Part shown: positions 1 through 6,464 of the stretch, piece by piece
Position numbering within the stretch: the stretch's first letter is position 1
Layout: every line of letters starts with the position of its first letter
From: a virus
IMG/VR virus record: IMGVR_UViG_3300046737_000227
Coordinates: 1 to 64,000 of that record
Length of the DNA: 64,000 bases
Reading direction: 5' to 3' (one strand)
Position numbers and translations under genes: made by a program
The notes under the pieces: generated by a model
Databases searched by the model: none
Seen by the model: the letters and a program-made list of their open reading frames with translations, nothing else
Told to the model about the DNA's origin: nothing

Positions 1-9
1 GTGCCGATG

Positions 10-219
10 TCAAAGCAATTCGCGGTGCGCCGCGGCCTTGGCAAAGACCTCGATGTGTCCCAGTCGGGATTCAAAGGTCACCTGTATGTCGCCGTCCACA
101 AAATACACCCGGTGACGCCGGGACATGGCGGACCAGACCGGAAACGTATAGCGGGGGTCGGCCACGCCGTTAAAAACCAAGTGGCGGTCAGCGTTGCAAT
201 CAACAGAGTTTATTTTCAT
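10..219 (-). CDS. small hypothetical early protein (69 aa)
   Basis: Complete ORF. ATG at 219 lies 5 nt downstream of a TTGACA-N17-GATATT promoter. Balanced amino-acid composition. Confidence 0.6.
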   Translation of the reverse strand: MKINSVDCNADRHLVFNGVADPRYTFPVWSAMSRRHRVYFVDGDIQVTFESRLGHIEVFAKAAAHRELL

Positions 220-224
220 GGCTC

Positions 225-253
225 AATATCGCGCAGGTCGCGCGCCTTGTCAA
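225..253 (-). promoter_or_regulatory. class A promoter (TTGACA-N17-GATATT, 5 nt, ATG)
   Basis: Minus-sense TTGACA AGGCGCGCGACCTGCGC GATATT GAGCC ATG. The spacer contains a GC dyad around GACCT. Confidence 0.55.
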
Positions 254-362
254 ATTTAAAAAGTTGAGCGGGGTGGGGTTGTGAACCCACTGGCACCCAG
301 TAGCTACCCGGGCGTCCTTACAGAATTTGCTGACCGTCGTCGGCCTCTCCGCTCGTAAAATT

Positions 363-390
363 TGGTGACGGCCCGGGGACTCGAACCCCG
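363..390 (-). other. tRNA-like 3' module: T-arm, 3' acceptor strand, discriminator A and encoded CCA
   Basis: Minus-sense CGGGG TTCGAGT CCCCG GGCCGTC A CCA. I could not fold a D-arm or anticodon arm upstream. Confidence 0.5.
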
Positions 391-593
391 GCGCGTGCAG
401 CAGGCGTATCAAGAGTGTTGACGCTCTCTCCAATCCTGGTCAACCTGCACACGGAAACCAACGCCATCAGCTGAGGCGGGTCACCCTCCACCGGGGGTTC
501 CGCGGGTCGCGTTTGCAACCGCCTGCCGCTTCCACCCCAATAATCGGACTTTCCGATGGCTCTCGCCCGTCCGGGGTGACGCGCCTCAACCGA
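363..593 (-). ncRNA. candidate structured RNA ending in the tRNA-like module
   Basis: No credible ORF. Many nested or long-range complementarities, e.g. GTCACCCC with GGGTGAC, AGGCGG with CCGCCT, GTGCAGG with CCTGCTGCAC. Confidence 0.25.
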
Positions 594-655
594 CAAAAAT
601 CACTGTCGGTGGCGTGCGCTCCCGCACATTGTTTGGGCACCCCCAAACCACCGAC
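594..655 (-). ncRNA. candidate small RNA (three-way-junction fold plus U-run)
   Basis: The predicted TSS of the promoter at 661-689 falls on closing helix GTCGGTGG/CCACCGAC, which encloses hairpins TTTGGG-GGTG-CCCAAA and GTGCG-GGAG-CGCAC. AGTGATTTTTG follows. Confidence 0.35.
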
Positions 656-660
656 ATAGT

Positions 661-689
661 AAAGTGCCACACGTCCATCAAACCGTCAA
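661..689 (-). promoter_or_regulatory. promoter TTGACG-N17-CACTTT (repeat copy A)
   Basis: Minus-sense TTGACG GTTTGATGGACGTGTGG CACTTT. Identical to the element at 833-861. Confidence 0.5.
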
Positions 690-724
690 GCGGGTTTCGC
701 AACGTATTTTTTTCTGTCCAGCGT
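661..724. repeat. dispersed repeat, copy A
   Basis: Shares 48 bp with 833-880 and 40 bp with 1453-1492 (read by eye). Confidence 0.8.
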
Positions 725-736
725 CCTCAACTGACA

Positions 737-825
737 TCGACTGAAGAAGGCGAACCGACCGTCGTCCGCGACCACTGCCGCGGGGGCGAACCCTTTCCTA
801 CGACCGTTTCGCCTGCTTCAATCGA
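737..825 (-). ncRNA. candidate structured small RNA (long closing stem plus two hairpins)
   Basis: An 18-bp closing stem (808-825 with 737-754; one mismatch, one GU) encloses GGG-TTCG-CCC and CCGCG-GCAGTGGT-CGCGG hairpins. It starts 1-2 nt after the predicted TSS of the promoter at 833-861. Confidence 0.35.
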
Positions 826-832
826 CACCCAT

Positions 833-861
833 AAAGTGCCACACGTCCATCAAACCGTCAA
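833..861 (-). promoter_or_regulatory. promoter TTGACG-N17-CACTTT (repeat copy B)
   Basis: Same 29-nt element as 661-689. Overlaps the stop codon of the CDS at 858-1451. Confidence 0.5.
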
Positions 862-880
862 GCGGGTTTCGCAACGTATT
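833..880. repeat. dispersed repeat, copy B
   Basis: 48-bp identity with 661-708. Confidence 0.8.
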
Positions 881-1451
881 GTTTTACGGGATATAACACC
901 AGCTTAAACCGAAACTTAGATATCCGTGGAACCCGAACCAACTCGGCCCCTGCCGGGACATTTCCCCGCCGCCCATATTTTTTGCCCGTGCGTGCGTCGG
1001 CATAGTCGTGCCGCGGAGTTTTGCGCCCCTCATCGGTGCGGCCATCGGCCACCCAGTTCGCAGCGCGATAGATGGTCCCGGCGTGCCCGGCGCTGGGGTC
1101 CGCGTAGGATACAAGGAACTGCACTTCGGGATGGTTGCGGCGAATGTATTTCACGCTGCCGGAAATGGCCCATGTTTCGGCATTGGCGGGCACCTCGTCA
1201 AGCAGGTAAAGTCTGGCTAGCTCCCAAGTTTTTCCCCCATACCGCACATCCGACTGTTTGGGCGGTGCCGAGTATAGCACCATCCCAACCAGCTTACCAA
1301 AAGAAAAAATGCCGAGGGATAGCAGGACAATGGCGGGGCGTTTTTTGAGATAATGGACAGCGACGAATGGAGCGACCGCGCGCAGAGATACCGGCCGCAA
1401 TTCCGAATTTTTACGCCATTCGGAGTCAAAGACAGGTCCAAAGGGTTTCAT
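858..1451 (-). CDS. GNAT-fold protein, possibly Mom-like DNA-modification family (197 aa)
   Basis: The C-terminal part of ORF 858..1970, from MKPFGPVF, is protein-like. The block LVSYADPSAGHAGTIYRAANWVADGRT resembles what I recall of the Mom-type acyltransferase family. The N-terminal 173 aa of the long ORF is Arg/Pro-rich frame noise. Confidence 0.5.
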   Translation of the reverse strand: MKPFGPVFDSEWRKNSELRPVSLRAVAPFVAVHYLKKRPAIVLLSLGIFSFGKLVGMVLYSAPPKQSDVRYGGKTWELARLYLLDEVPANAETWAISGSVKYIRRNHPEVQFLVSYADPSAGHAGTIYRAANWVADGRTDEGRKTPRHDYADARTGKKYGRRGNVPAGAELVRVPRISKFRFKLVLYPVKQYVAKPA

Positions 1452-1452
1452 G

Positions 1453-1492
1453 GTCAAGCGGGTTTCGCAACGTATTTTTTTCTGTCCAGCGT
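1453..1492. repeat. dispersed repeat, copy C
   Basis: 40-bp identity with 685-724. Spans the 3' end of CDS 1454-1819 and abuts the ATG of CDS 858-1451. Confidence 0.8.
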
Positions 1493-1819
1493 GCGGTGGT
1501 TGTCGTCCGCCCGATTCAGCCAGACCGTTTTCACCCGGCAGTCCGGGAGGGACACCGCCAAGACAAGGTCCCAGCCCGGGCGGGAGGGCAGCGCCTGCCT
1601 CACCAGAACCCCGCTGGCGCGTCGGAACCACGTCTCGACGTGGACGATGGTCCAGGCGTCCAGGGCCAGGGAAACGGGCAGCTCGTGCGAGCGCAGCCCG
1701 TCCTGGAAGGCGGCTTCTGCCGCGTGCCGGGTGTAAACCAGCCGGGAAAAATTCACGGCTCGGACTTCTGCCACCAAAGGGGCGGGCAGGTAGATGTCGC
1801 GGTGGAAGTCTAGTCGCAC
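1454..1819 (-). CDS. hypothetical protein (121 aa, GTG start proposed)
   Basis: Protein-like composition from VRLDFHRDIY. GTG at 1819 overlaps the upstream stop. Ends YVAKPA, like the next gene, because of the repeat. Confidence 0.4.
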   Translation of the reverse strand: MRLDFHRDIYLPAPLVAEVRAVNFSRLVYTRHAAEAAFQDGLRSHELPVSLALDAWTIVHVETWFRRASGVLVRQALPSRPGWDLVLAVSLPDCRVKTVWLNRADDNHRTLDRKKYVAKPA

Positions 1820-2040
1820 GGCAGGTCCTTCCACACCCAGAGCGGGTGTCCGCCGTTCTCGTCCGGCAGCGCGATGTTGATGCGCTCCTGGATTTTCGCG
1901 GTAACGTTGTTGCACTCGATTGCCGCCGAACAATATTCGTCGAGGTCGTCGGACTGAAACCGCAATGCACGGCGCGCGGCTTCCTCAGAGGCGTGCTGCG
2001 AGGCGACGACGGTGAAAACGATTCGGAATTGCTTTTTCAT
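1810..2040 (-). CDS. hypothetical protein (76 aa)
   Basis: ORF MKKQFRIVFTVV... in a tight co-oriented array. Confidence 0.6.
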   Translation of the reverse strand: MKKQFRIVFTVVASQHASEEAARRALRFQSDDLDEYCSAAIECNNVTAKIQERINIALPDENGGHPLWVWKDLPCD

Positions 2041-2044
2041 GGGA

Positions 2045-2281
2045 TTACGTTCCGTAAGTGCCCCAGTCCGGCATGGCCGGCGAGATGCTAGCTATCGTGG
2101 CATCAAGCACATGCGCGTCGATGGGCGTGTGCTCGTAGGCGCGCACCACATACGCGTCGGGCTCCTCGCGATAGAATTTTTCCAAGGCCGCCCGCAGGCT
2201 GTCCGCGCTCAGGTCGCGGCGGTTTACCACCACGCCGTCTTTGCGGAATTTCCAAACAATCGAGTAGCTCATGGGAGTCAA
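2045..2281 (-). CDS. hypothetical protein (78 aa)
   Basis: ORF that overlaps the upstream stop by 4 nt. Confidence 0.6.
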   Translation of the reverse strand: MTPMSYSIVWKFRKDGVVVNRRDLSADSLRAALEKFYREEPDAYVVRAYEHTPIDAHVLDATIASISPAMPDWGTYGT

Positions 2282-2472
2282 ATTTTGTTCACTTCCACAC
2301 TGATGCGGCCCACTTGGTGGGGCGCCAGCGAACGACCGGAAGACGATATCAGCAGCGCATACTTGCGCGCGGACACCTTCACGAAGGGGCCGAGGTCGTC
2401 CATGAACGGCATCCCGTCATGGTTGAATTTGAACTTGTCGCCTACGGCGAGGTTTTTGAAGGTCGTTTTCAT
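2278..2472 (-). CDS. hypothetical protein (64 aa)
   Basis: ATG lies 5 nt after the class A promoter hexamer. Confidence 0.7.
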   Translation of the reverse strand: MKTTFKNLAVGDKFKFNHDGMPFMDDLGPFVKVSARKYALLISSSGRSLAPHQVGRISVEVNKI

Positions 2473-2477
2473 GGCAC

Positions 2478-2506
2478 AATGTCGCCCAGGTCGGGCGGGT
2501 TGTCAA
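2478..2506 (-). promoter_or_regulatory. class A promoter
   Basis: TTGACA ACCCGCCCGACCTGGGC GACATT GTGCC ATG. Confidence 0.6.
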
Positions 2507-2507
2507 A

Positions 2508-2810
2508 TTAAAGTTTGTCCACCGCCGCTGAAAGGGGGCGGTCCTCGCCGATGTGAGCAGCAATTTTTGCGATTAGCGCCTGTTCCAGCGTGACATCGTA
2601 GTAAGTGAACCCGGCGGGGGTTGATACGCAAAAGGTTACGATTGCCTTGTTGTTGCCGATACGATTGGCGCCGACGTGCACCGGATTGACCGAAATGTGT
2701 CGATGTTTTTTCATGGGTGTTGGATTCGCAACCGGCCCGGTGGAGCATTCGCAGGAGCGATAAGAACAGCCGCACTGGCGGCAAACGGGGTGGCCTAATG
2801 GATAGCTCAT
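2508..2810 (-). CDS. Cys-rich hypothetical protein (100 aa)
   Basis: ORF with CRQCGCSYRSCEC. TAATTATG junction with the upstream gene. Confidence 0.55.
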   Translation of the reverse strand: MSYPLGHPVCRQCGCSYRSCECSTGPVANPTPMKKHRHISVNPVHVGANRIGNNKAIVTFCVSTPAGFTYYDVTLEQALIAKIAAHIGEDRPLSAAVDKL

Positions 2811-2812
2811 AA

Positions 2813-3070
2813 TTATTCGTCGCGTTGGGGGTTCAAGCGGTTAAACTCCGCGGCCTCGGCCAGGGCGGCCTCGTAGTCCCAGGAGATGGTAACCACGCCC
2901 GTGCTGCCCATTCGCACCAGCGCCCAGCCCGGGCGCTGTTCGATGACCTCGGCCAATGGACTGATGGCGCCCTCGGTCAGCTCGGACAGCAGGAAAAACA
3001 GGTCCCGCGCTTCGTGGGTGAAAGCCTGTTGCTCGCGGCCTCCGGCGATGTGGGTGACGTGAAAGGTCAT
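2813..3070 (-). CDS. hypothetical protein (85 aa)
   Basis: ATG lies 5 nt after the class A hexamer. Confidence 0.7.
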   Translation of the reverse strand: MTFHVTHIAGGREQQAFTHEARDLFFLLSELTEGAISPLAEVIEQRPGWALVRMGSTGVVTISWDYEAALAEAAEFNRLNPQRDE

Positions 3071-3075
3071 AACTG

Positions 3076-3104
3076 AATGTCGCTCAGGTCGGTGCGATTG
3101 TCAA
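3076..3104 (-). promoter_or_regulatory. class A promoter
   Basis: TTGACA ATCGCACCGACCTGAGC GACATT CAGTT ATG. Confidence 0.6.
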
Positions 3105-3331
3105 ACGACGGTCGCAAAATTTTTGTCCTCGCGGAAGTGGCACAAGTAGCTGTCGCTGTTCCAGCTACGGAAGGTGTAAAAACGGCCCTCGAACGACAGC
3201 ACCTTTTTGTGGATTTTTTTCACGTCGTCCCAGCCGTCCGGGATGCGAATTTGCAGCCAGTGGGAGCCGTCCGCCTGCGTGATGGGCGTGACCGGGATGA
3301 ACGCTTCGACTTTGGCAAGGTTCTTGCTCAT
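3101..3331 (-). CDS. hypothetical protein (76 aa)
   Basis: ORF MSKNLAKVEAF..., co-oriented array. Confidence 0.65.
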   Translation of the reverse strand: MSKNLAKVEAFIPVTPITQADGSHWLQIRIPDGWDDVKKIHKKVLSFEGRFYTFRSWNSDSYLCHFREDKNFATVV

Positions 3332-3335
3332 GGGA

Positions 3336-3572
3336 TTAGGCTAAGGTCATGTCGATGGACATCGGGACAAACACGAAGCTATACAGCGCGCGCTTGAACC
3401 AGTTGACGCGCACATCGTAGCGCGCATCAAGGAAGTGGGCCAATTTGTCCCAGGCGGTGAATTCGCCGGCAAACTTGCCATCGACCATCAGGAAGGACGT
3501 TTCGCGGAGGCCGCAAGGCGCGCTCAGGACAATCCGGGGGTGTTTCACGGGGGTTTTGAAGTTCATTCTCAT
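3336..3572 (-). CDS. hypothetical protein (78 aa)
   Basis: ATG lies 5 nt after the class A hexamer. Confidence 0.7.
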   Translation of the reverse strand: MRMNFKTPVKHPRIVLSAPCGLRETSFLMVDGKFAGEFTAWDKLAHFLDARYDVRVNWFKRALYSFVFVPMSIDMTLA

Positions 3573-3577
3573 GTGAT

Positions 3578-3606
3578 AAGGTCGCCCAGGTCGGGCAGGT
3601 TGTCAA
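3578..3606 (-). promoter_or_regulatory. class A promoter
   Basis: TTGACA ACCTGCCCGACCTGGGC GACCTT ATCAC ATG. Confidence 0.6.
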
Positions 3607-3902
3607 GCGGTGCGCGGGAGATTTTTCAGGTATTCGTATTGGCTCGGGGGGATGTCTTTGAAGTCGACCACCTCGAGGAGGGTCCAATGGGCCGAACCGT
3701 AGACTTTACCATGGCGCCGAGCGCGCGGGGACGCTGCGAAAAGCTCCACGCGCAGAGGCCAGCAGCACGCAAAGCCGGGCTCCCGCTGGGTCAGCTGGCG
3801 GATGGCCCGCGCGCGCAGCGCAGGCAGGGTTTTCCCGGACAGCGTGATGATGACGGCGCCCCGGAAGATAACCCGGGCGCGATAGGTGATTTGGTCGGTC
3901 AT
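3603..3902 (-). CDS. hypothetical protein (99 aa, internal ATG of ORF 3603..4094)
   Basis: Protein-like from MTDQITYRARV. The upstream part of the ORF overlaps CDS 3907-4098 in another frame. Confidence 0.5.
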   Translation of the reverse strand: MTDQITYRARVIFRGAVIITLSGKTLPALRARAIRQLTQREPGFACCWPLRVELFAASPRARRHGKVYGSAHWTLLEVVDFKDIPPSQYEYLKNLPRTA

Positions 3903-3906
3903 AAAA

Positions 3907-4098
3907 TTAGGAAAGGCGAATCCAGGTGCCGCGAGCAAAAATGTGGTCCGCAAATTCTTGGTCGGTGAGCAGGCCGTCCGGGCAGGGACACGACCAGGAC
4001 CACCGAGCGCCGGCATCTTCGTAGCGCACCGCGGCCAGCGCCTCCGCGCGCGTCGGGAGGCTGGGGAGGTTTTCCGTAAAAATCGTTGTATCATTCAT
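3907..4098 (-). CDS. hypothetical protein (63 aa)
   Basis: ATG lies 6 nt after the class C hexamer TACCTT. Confidence 0.6.
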   Translation of the reverse strand: MNDTTIFTENLPSLPTRAEALAAVRYEDAGARWSWSCPCPDGLLTDQEFADHIFARGTWIRLS

Positions 4099-4104
4099 GT
4101 GGGT

Positions 4105-4133
4105 AAGGTATCACGGGCGCGCCGCTGCGCAAG
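4105..4133 (-). promoter_or_regulatory. class C promoter (CTTGCG-N17-TACCTT)
   Basis: CTTGCG CAGCGGCGCGCCCGTGA TACCTT ACCCAC ATG. Near-identical to 5052-5080. Confidence 0.5.
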
Positions 4134-4142
4134 TCCGTAGTT

Positions 4143-4307
4143 CTACGGTTTGATTGCCCAGCGTTTCGCGTATTGCTCGAGCAGTCGCTGCGCGTGCCGG
4201 CGGGACAGCTTCACCGAGGGGGTGGAAACCAGCCGGGCCAGCCGGTGCATACTCACGCCGTAGGTGTAGCCGTGCCGCAGCATTTTCAGGATGTGCCGGG
4301 CGGTCAC
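4143..4307 (-). CDS. small basic, possibly HTH-like protein (54 aa, GTG start)
   Basis: GTGA overlap with the stop of CDS 4304-4582. Sequence VTARHILKMLRHGYTYGVSMHRLARLV. Confidence 0.35.
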   Translation of the reverse strand: MTARHILKMLRHGYTYGVSMHRLARLVSTPSVKLSRRHAQRLLEQYAKRWAIKP

Positions 4308-4582
4308 ATCGGCCCCCCGTCCAGGAAAGCCACCGGCGACTGATGTGGCAGGGGGTATGTGCAGGGGCAAAAGTGAACGTCGCCCCAGGCGTCCGCCAGC
4401 TCCAGCCCCTCATTCATCTGGTCCGCGTAGATGTCCCGCACAACGGCCTCCTGGCTGATGTATTCGCCCGTGGAATTTTGCTCGCGCGCCAGCCGGGCGC
4501 AGTGTGCGCAGCCGGTCGCGTGCACAACGAATTGACCTTTGGACTGGTCGCGGAGGTTCGCTCCAAAAATGGTGAGTTTCAT
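4304..4582 (-). CDS. hypothetical protein (92 aa)
   Basis: ORF MKLTIFGANLRDQSKGQFVVHATGCAHC... Confidence 0.55.
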   Translation of the reverse strand: MKLTIFGANLRDQSKGQFVVHATGCAHCARLAREQNSTGEYISQEAVVRDIYADQMNEGLELADAWGDVHFCPCTYPLPHQSPVAFLDGGPM

Positions 4583-4588
4583 GGCAGC

Positions 4589-4765
4589 TCAGAGTAGACC
4601 GGCGTTCATCAGGTCCGCGTAGGCGCGCTGGTAGCAGCCCTGGAGGCTCCACAGCGTGCCGGTGGCGTGAAGGTGGCGGAACAGCTCAACCGTCTGGTCC
4701 AGGTCGAGCTCGCCCGATTCCCAGGCGATGATGCCGCAGACGATGTCGTAAGGTGGGTTTTTCAT
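4589..4765 (-). CDS. hypothetical protein (58 aa, below the ORF-track cutoff)
   Basis: Hand translation gives MKNPPYDIVCGIIAWESGELDLDQTVELFRHLHATGTLWSLQGCYQRAYADLMNAGLL. It fills an otherwise empty gap in the array. Confidence 0.5.
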   Translation of the reverse strand: MKNPPYDIVCGIIAWESGELDLDQTVELFRHLHATGTLWSLQGCYQRAYADLMNAGLL

Positions 4766-4782
4766 GGTCGTGGTGAATGAGG

Positions 4783-5046
4783 TTACAGCGCCGCCGGCAC
4801 GAAAAAGCTCGAGCCGGACACCATGCGGGTGAGGTGGCTGCCCCAGTCCGCGCGCATCACGGTCGTGATGACCGGCAGCGGGATGGTCTGCCCGTTCCGG
4901 TTGAGCGGAGGCAGGGGGAAGTATTGGAGCTTCACCTTATCGGGGGTGACCTCGGTGATGGTGGCGCTGAAGGTGGCGCCGTCGCAGAACCGGCGATAAA
5001 TCACCGCGGCTCCAATGTCTTTTTGGCTGAATGAGTTTTTCATCAT
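4783..5046 (-). CDS. hypothetical protein (87 aa)
   Basis: The internal ATG ATG of ORF 4783..5226 lies 5 nt after the class C hexamer. Confidence 0.6.
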   Translation of the reverse strand: MMKNSFSQKDIGAAVIYRRFCDGATFSATITEVTPDKVKLQYFPLPPLNRNGQTIPLPVITTVMRADWGSHLTRMVSGSSFFVPAAL

Positions 5047-5051
5047 GGTGT

Positions 5052-5080
5052 AAGGTATCACGGGCCTGCCGGATTGCAAG
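5052..5080 (-). promoter_or_regulatory. class C promoter (CTTGCA-N17-TACCTT)
   Basis: CTTGCA ATCCGGCAGGCCCGTGA TACCTT ACACC ATG. Confidence 0.5.
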
Positions 5081-5095
5081 CCCGAGGAACTACGG

Positions 5096-5428
5096 TTAGG
5101 CATACCAGGAGCAATACGCCTTTTCGCCCGGGGCCACCCAGACGCAGACGCCGTAAGTCGCGGACAGGGCCGGGCGGGTGCCGCAGACGCTGATGCGCCG
5201 ACGAGTTTCCGGACCGGTGAAGGCATCGCTCACCGGCTGCACGTAGCAGCACATACCGCCCCTGTCGCTGCCCGGAACGGGCTGGCTCGAGATGGGCCGC
5301 ACGATGGCGTATTTCGCGGTGACGCGGACCACCTGATAGTAGTCCACGTTCGTCTGGTCGTAGCCCCAGGAGTTTCGGAAAATGTCGCCCACCTTTGGGA
5401 GGGACACAGCTTTGTCGAGGTCGTTCAT
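5096..5428 (-). CDS. hypothetical protein (110 aa)
   Basis: ORF MNDLDKAVSLPKVGDIF... Confidence 0.65.
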   Translation of the reverse strand: MNDLDKAVSLPKVGDIFRNSWGYDQTNVDYYQVVRVTAKYAIVRPISSQPVPGSDRGGMCCYVQPVSDAFTGPETRRRISVCGTRPALSATYGVCVWVAPGEKAYCSWYA

Positions 5429-5432
5429 AAAG

Positions 5433-5780
5433 TTAGAAATTAGGCCAATCGGGGGTGAGGTTTTGCACGGGCTGCTGGTCCGCGTAGAGCGCTTGCAGGC
5501 GGTCTTTGGCCGCGGTTAGCTCGGCGCTCAGCCGCTCGATTTCCTTGCGCATGGGGGTGGCAACCAGCTCCACCTCGGGGTTCTTGAGCGCGTAATTGCC
5601 GTGCGCGGTGGGCGCTTCTTTGCGCCAGACGGTCCAGCGGGCTAATTTGCGCGGGCAAACACACCCATCGGGCTCGCCGCTCGGCTTCAATTCACGCTCC
5701 GTCCAAAAAGTGAAGCCGCGCACCAGCGCCGACTTGCAAATCGCGGCCCCGGTCCAGATGTCGATTATGATTTTGCTCAT
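5433..5780 (-). CDS. hypothetical protein (115 aa)
   Basis: ATG lies 5 nt after the class A hexamer. Confidence 0.7.
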   Translation of the reverse strand: MSKIIIDIWTGAAICKSALVRGFTFWTERELKPSGEPDGCVCPRKLARWTVWRKEAPTAHGNYALKNPEVELVATPMRKEIERLSAELTAAKDRLQALYADQQPVQNLTPDWPNF

Positions 5781-5785
5781 GGGAT

Positions 5786-5814
5786 AAGGTCGGCCATCCG
5801 TGGCCGGTTGTCAA
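5786..5814 (-). promoter_or_regulatory. class A promoter (variant dyad)
   Basis: TTGACA ACCGGCCACGGATGGCC GACCTT ATCCC ATG. Confidence 0.55.
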
Positions 5815-5826
5815 GTGGTTAATTTT

Positions 5827-6048
5827 CTAGCTGAGGTTGGACCAAAACTGAGATGAATACATGGTGATGCCGCACGCTTTCAGGAAGGCCGAGTCTTTGA
5901 AGCGGGGGTTTTCGTTAGCGCAGACGCGGGCGATGCTGCCAGCCGTCCTGGCAATCGCCGCGGCGGCGTCGTGGTTGCCGGCGTCCTTGGCCAGCTGATA
6001 GTTCTCCGCAATCGCGGCGGCTAGTGCTTCAATATGTTTTATGCTCAT
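5827..6048 (-). CDS. hypothetical protein (73 aa)
   Basis: ORF MSIKHIEALAAAIAENYQ... Confidence 0.6.
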   Translation of the reverse strand: MSIKHIEALAAAIAENYQLAKDAGNHDAAAAIARTAGSIARVCANENPRFKDSAFLKACGITMYSSQFWSNLS

Positions 6049-6202
6049 GTGGTTGTGGATGTTGAGGTTACTGAGGCAAAGTTTTTGGAGAATCCATATT
6101 CTCTAGTCAATATCGTTCCTCGATATCCCCTTAGCCGAAGCCATGAGGCACATTCTCCGTATGTCCACCGTTCAGGAAAGTAGATTGTGGCAAGCATAGG
6201 TA

Positions 6203-6397
6203 TCAGCCCCCGCCGTAAACGTGGAACCCGACCGCGGTGGAGTGCACGTCCGGTTCCCGGTCAAATTCGTAGTCGCGACCAGAATAATTGACCGACGCCT
6301 TGACCAAGCGGCGCGCGGTTTCCACATCGGGCGCCAGCGCGAACGCGATGCCGTCGGTGTAGTCGGACAGGACATTGTGCCAAACGTAAAGATTCAT
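6203..6397 (-). CDS. hypothetical protein (64 aa)
   Basis: The internal ATG (MNLYVWHNVL...) lies 6 nt after the class C hexamer TATCTT. Confidence 0.6.
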   Translation of the reverse strand: MNLYVWHNVLSDYTDGIAFALAPDVETARRLVKASVNYSGRDYEFDREPDVHSTAVGFHVYGGG

Positions 6398-6403
6398 GGG
6401 TGA

Positions 6404-6432
6404 AAGATACCACGGCGCGCGGTATTCGCAAG
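6404..6432 (-). promoter_or_regulatory. class C promoter (CTTGCG-N17-TATCTT)
   Basis: CTTGCG AATACCGCGCGCCGTGG TATCTT TCACCC ATG. Confidence 0.5.
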
Positions 6433-6464
6433 TGAAGACCGATACGACCGAGAAGACCGGGGAA

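Noticed and set aside
363-450. A complete canonical tRNA gene on the minus strand.
   Set aside because: Only the T-arm, 3' acceptor strand and CCA fold. The sequence upstream gives no 5-bp anticodon stem with a 7-nt loop, no D-arm, and no 5' acceptor strand at the right distance.
363-655. tmRNA (ssrA), including a possible tag frame GCA AAC GCG ACC ... TGA preceded by GUU.
   Set aside because: The acceptor pairing lacks the G3-U70 alanine identity pair, since position 70 is G. No GGGG 5' end or D-loop analogue is present. The candidate is only about 200 nt, and the tag (ANATRGTPGGG) lacks the usual hydrophobic C-terminus. I kept it only as a tRNA-like 3' module.
858-1970. 370-aa ORF as a single gene.
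   Set aside because: The N-terminal 173 aa are Arg/Pro/Gly-rich frame noise that overlaps a better ORF in another frame (1454-1819). Only the part from the ATG at 1451 looks like protein.
4589-4765. Apparent frameshift in the 58-aa gene.
   Set aside because: It was my own transcription slip. Re-reading the sequence gives an intact 59-codon frame.
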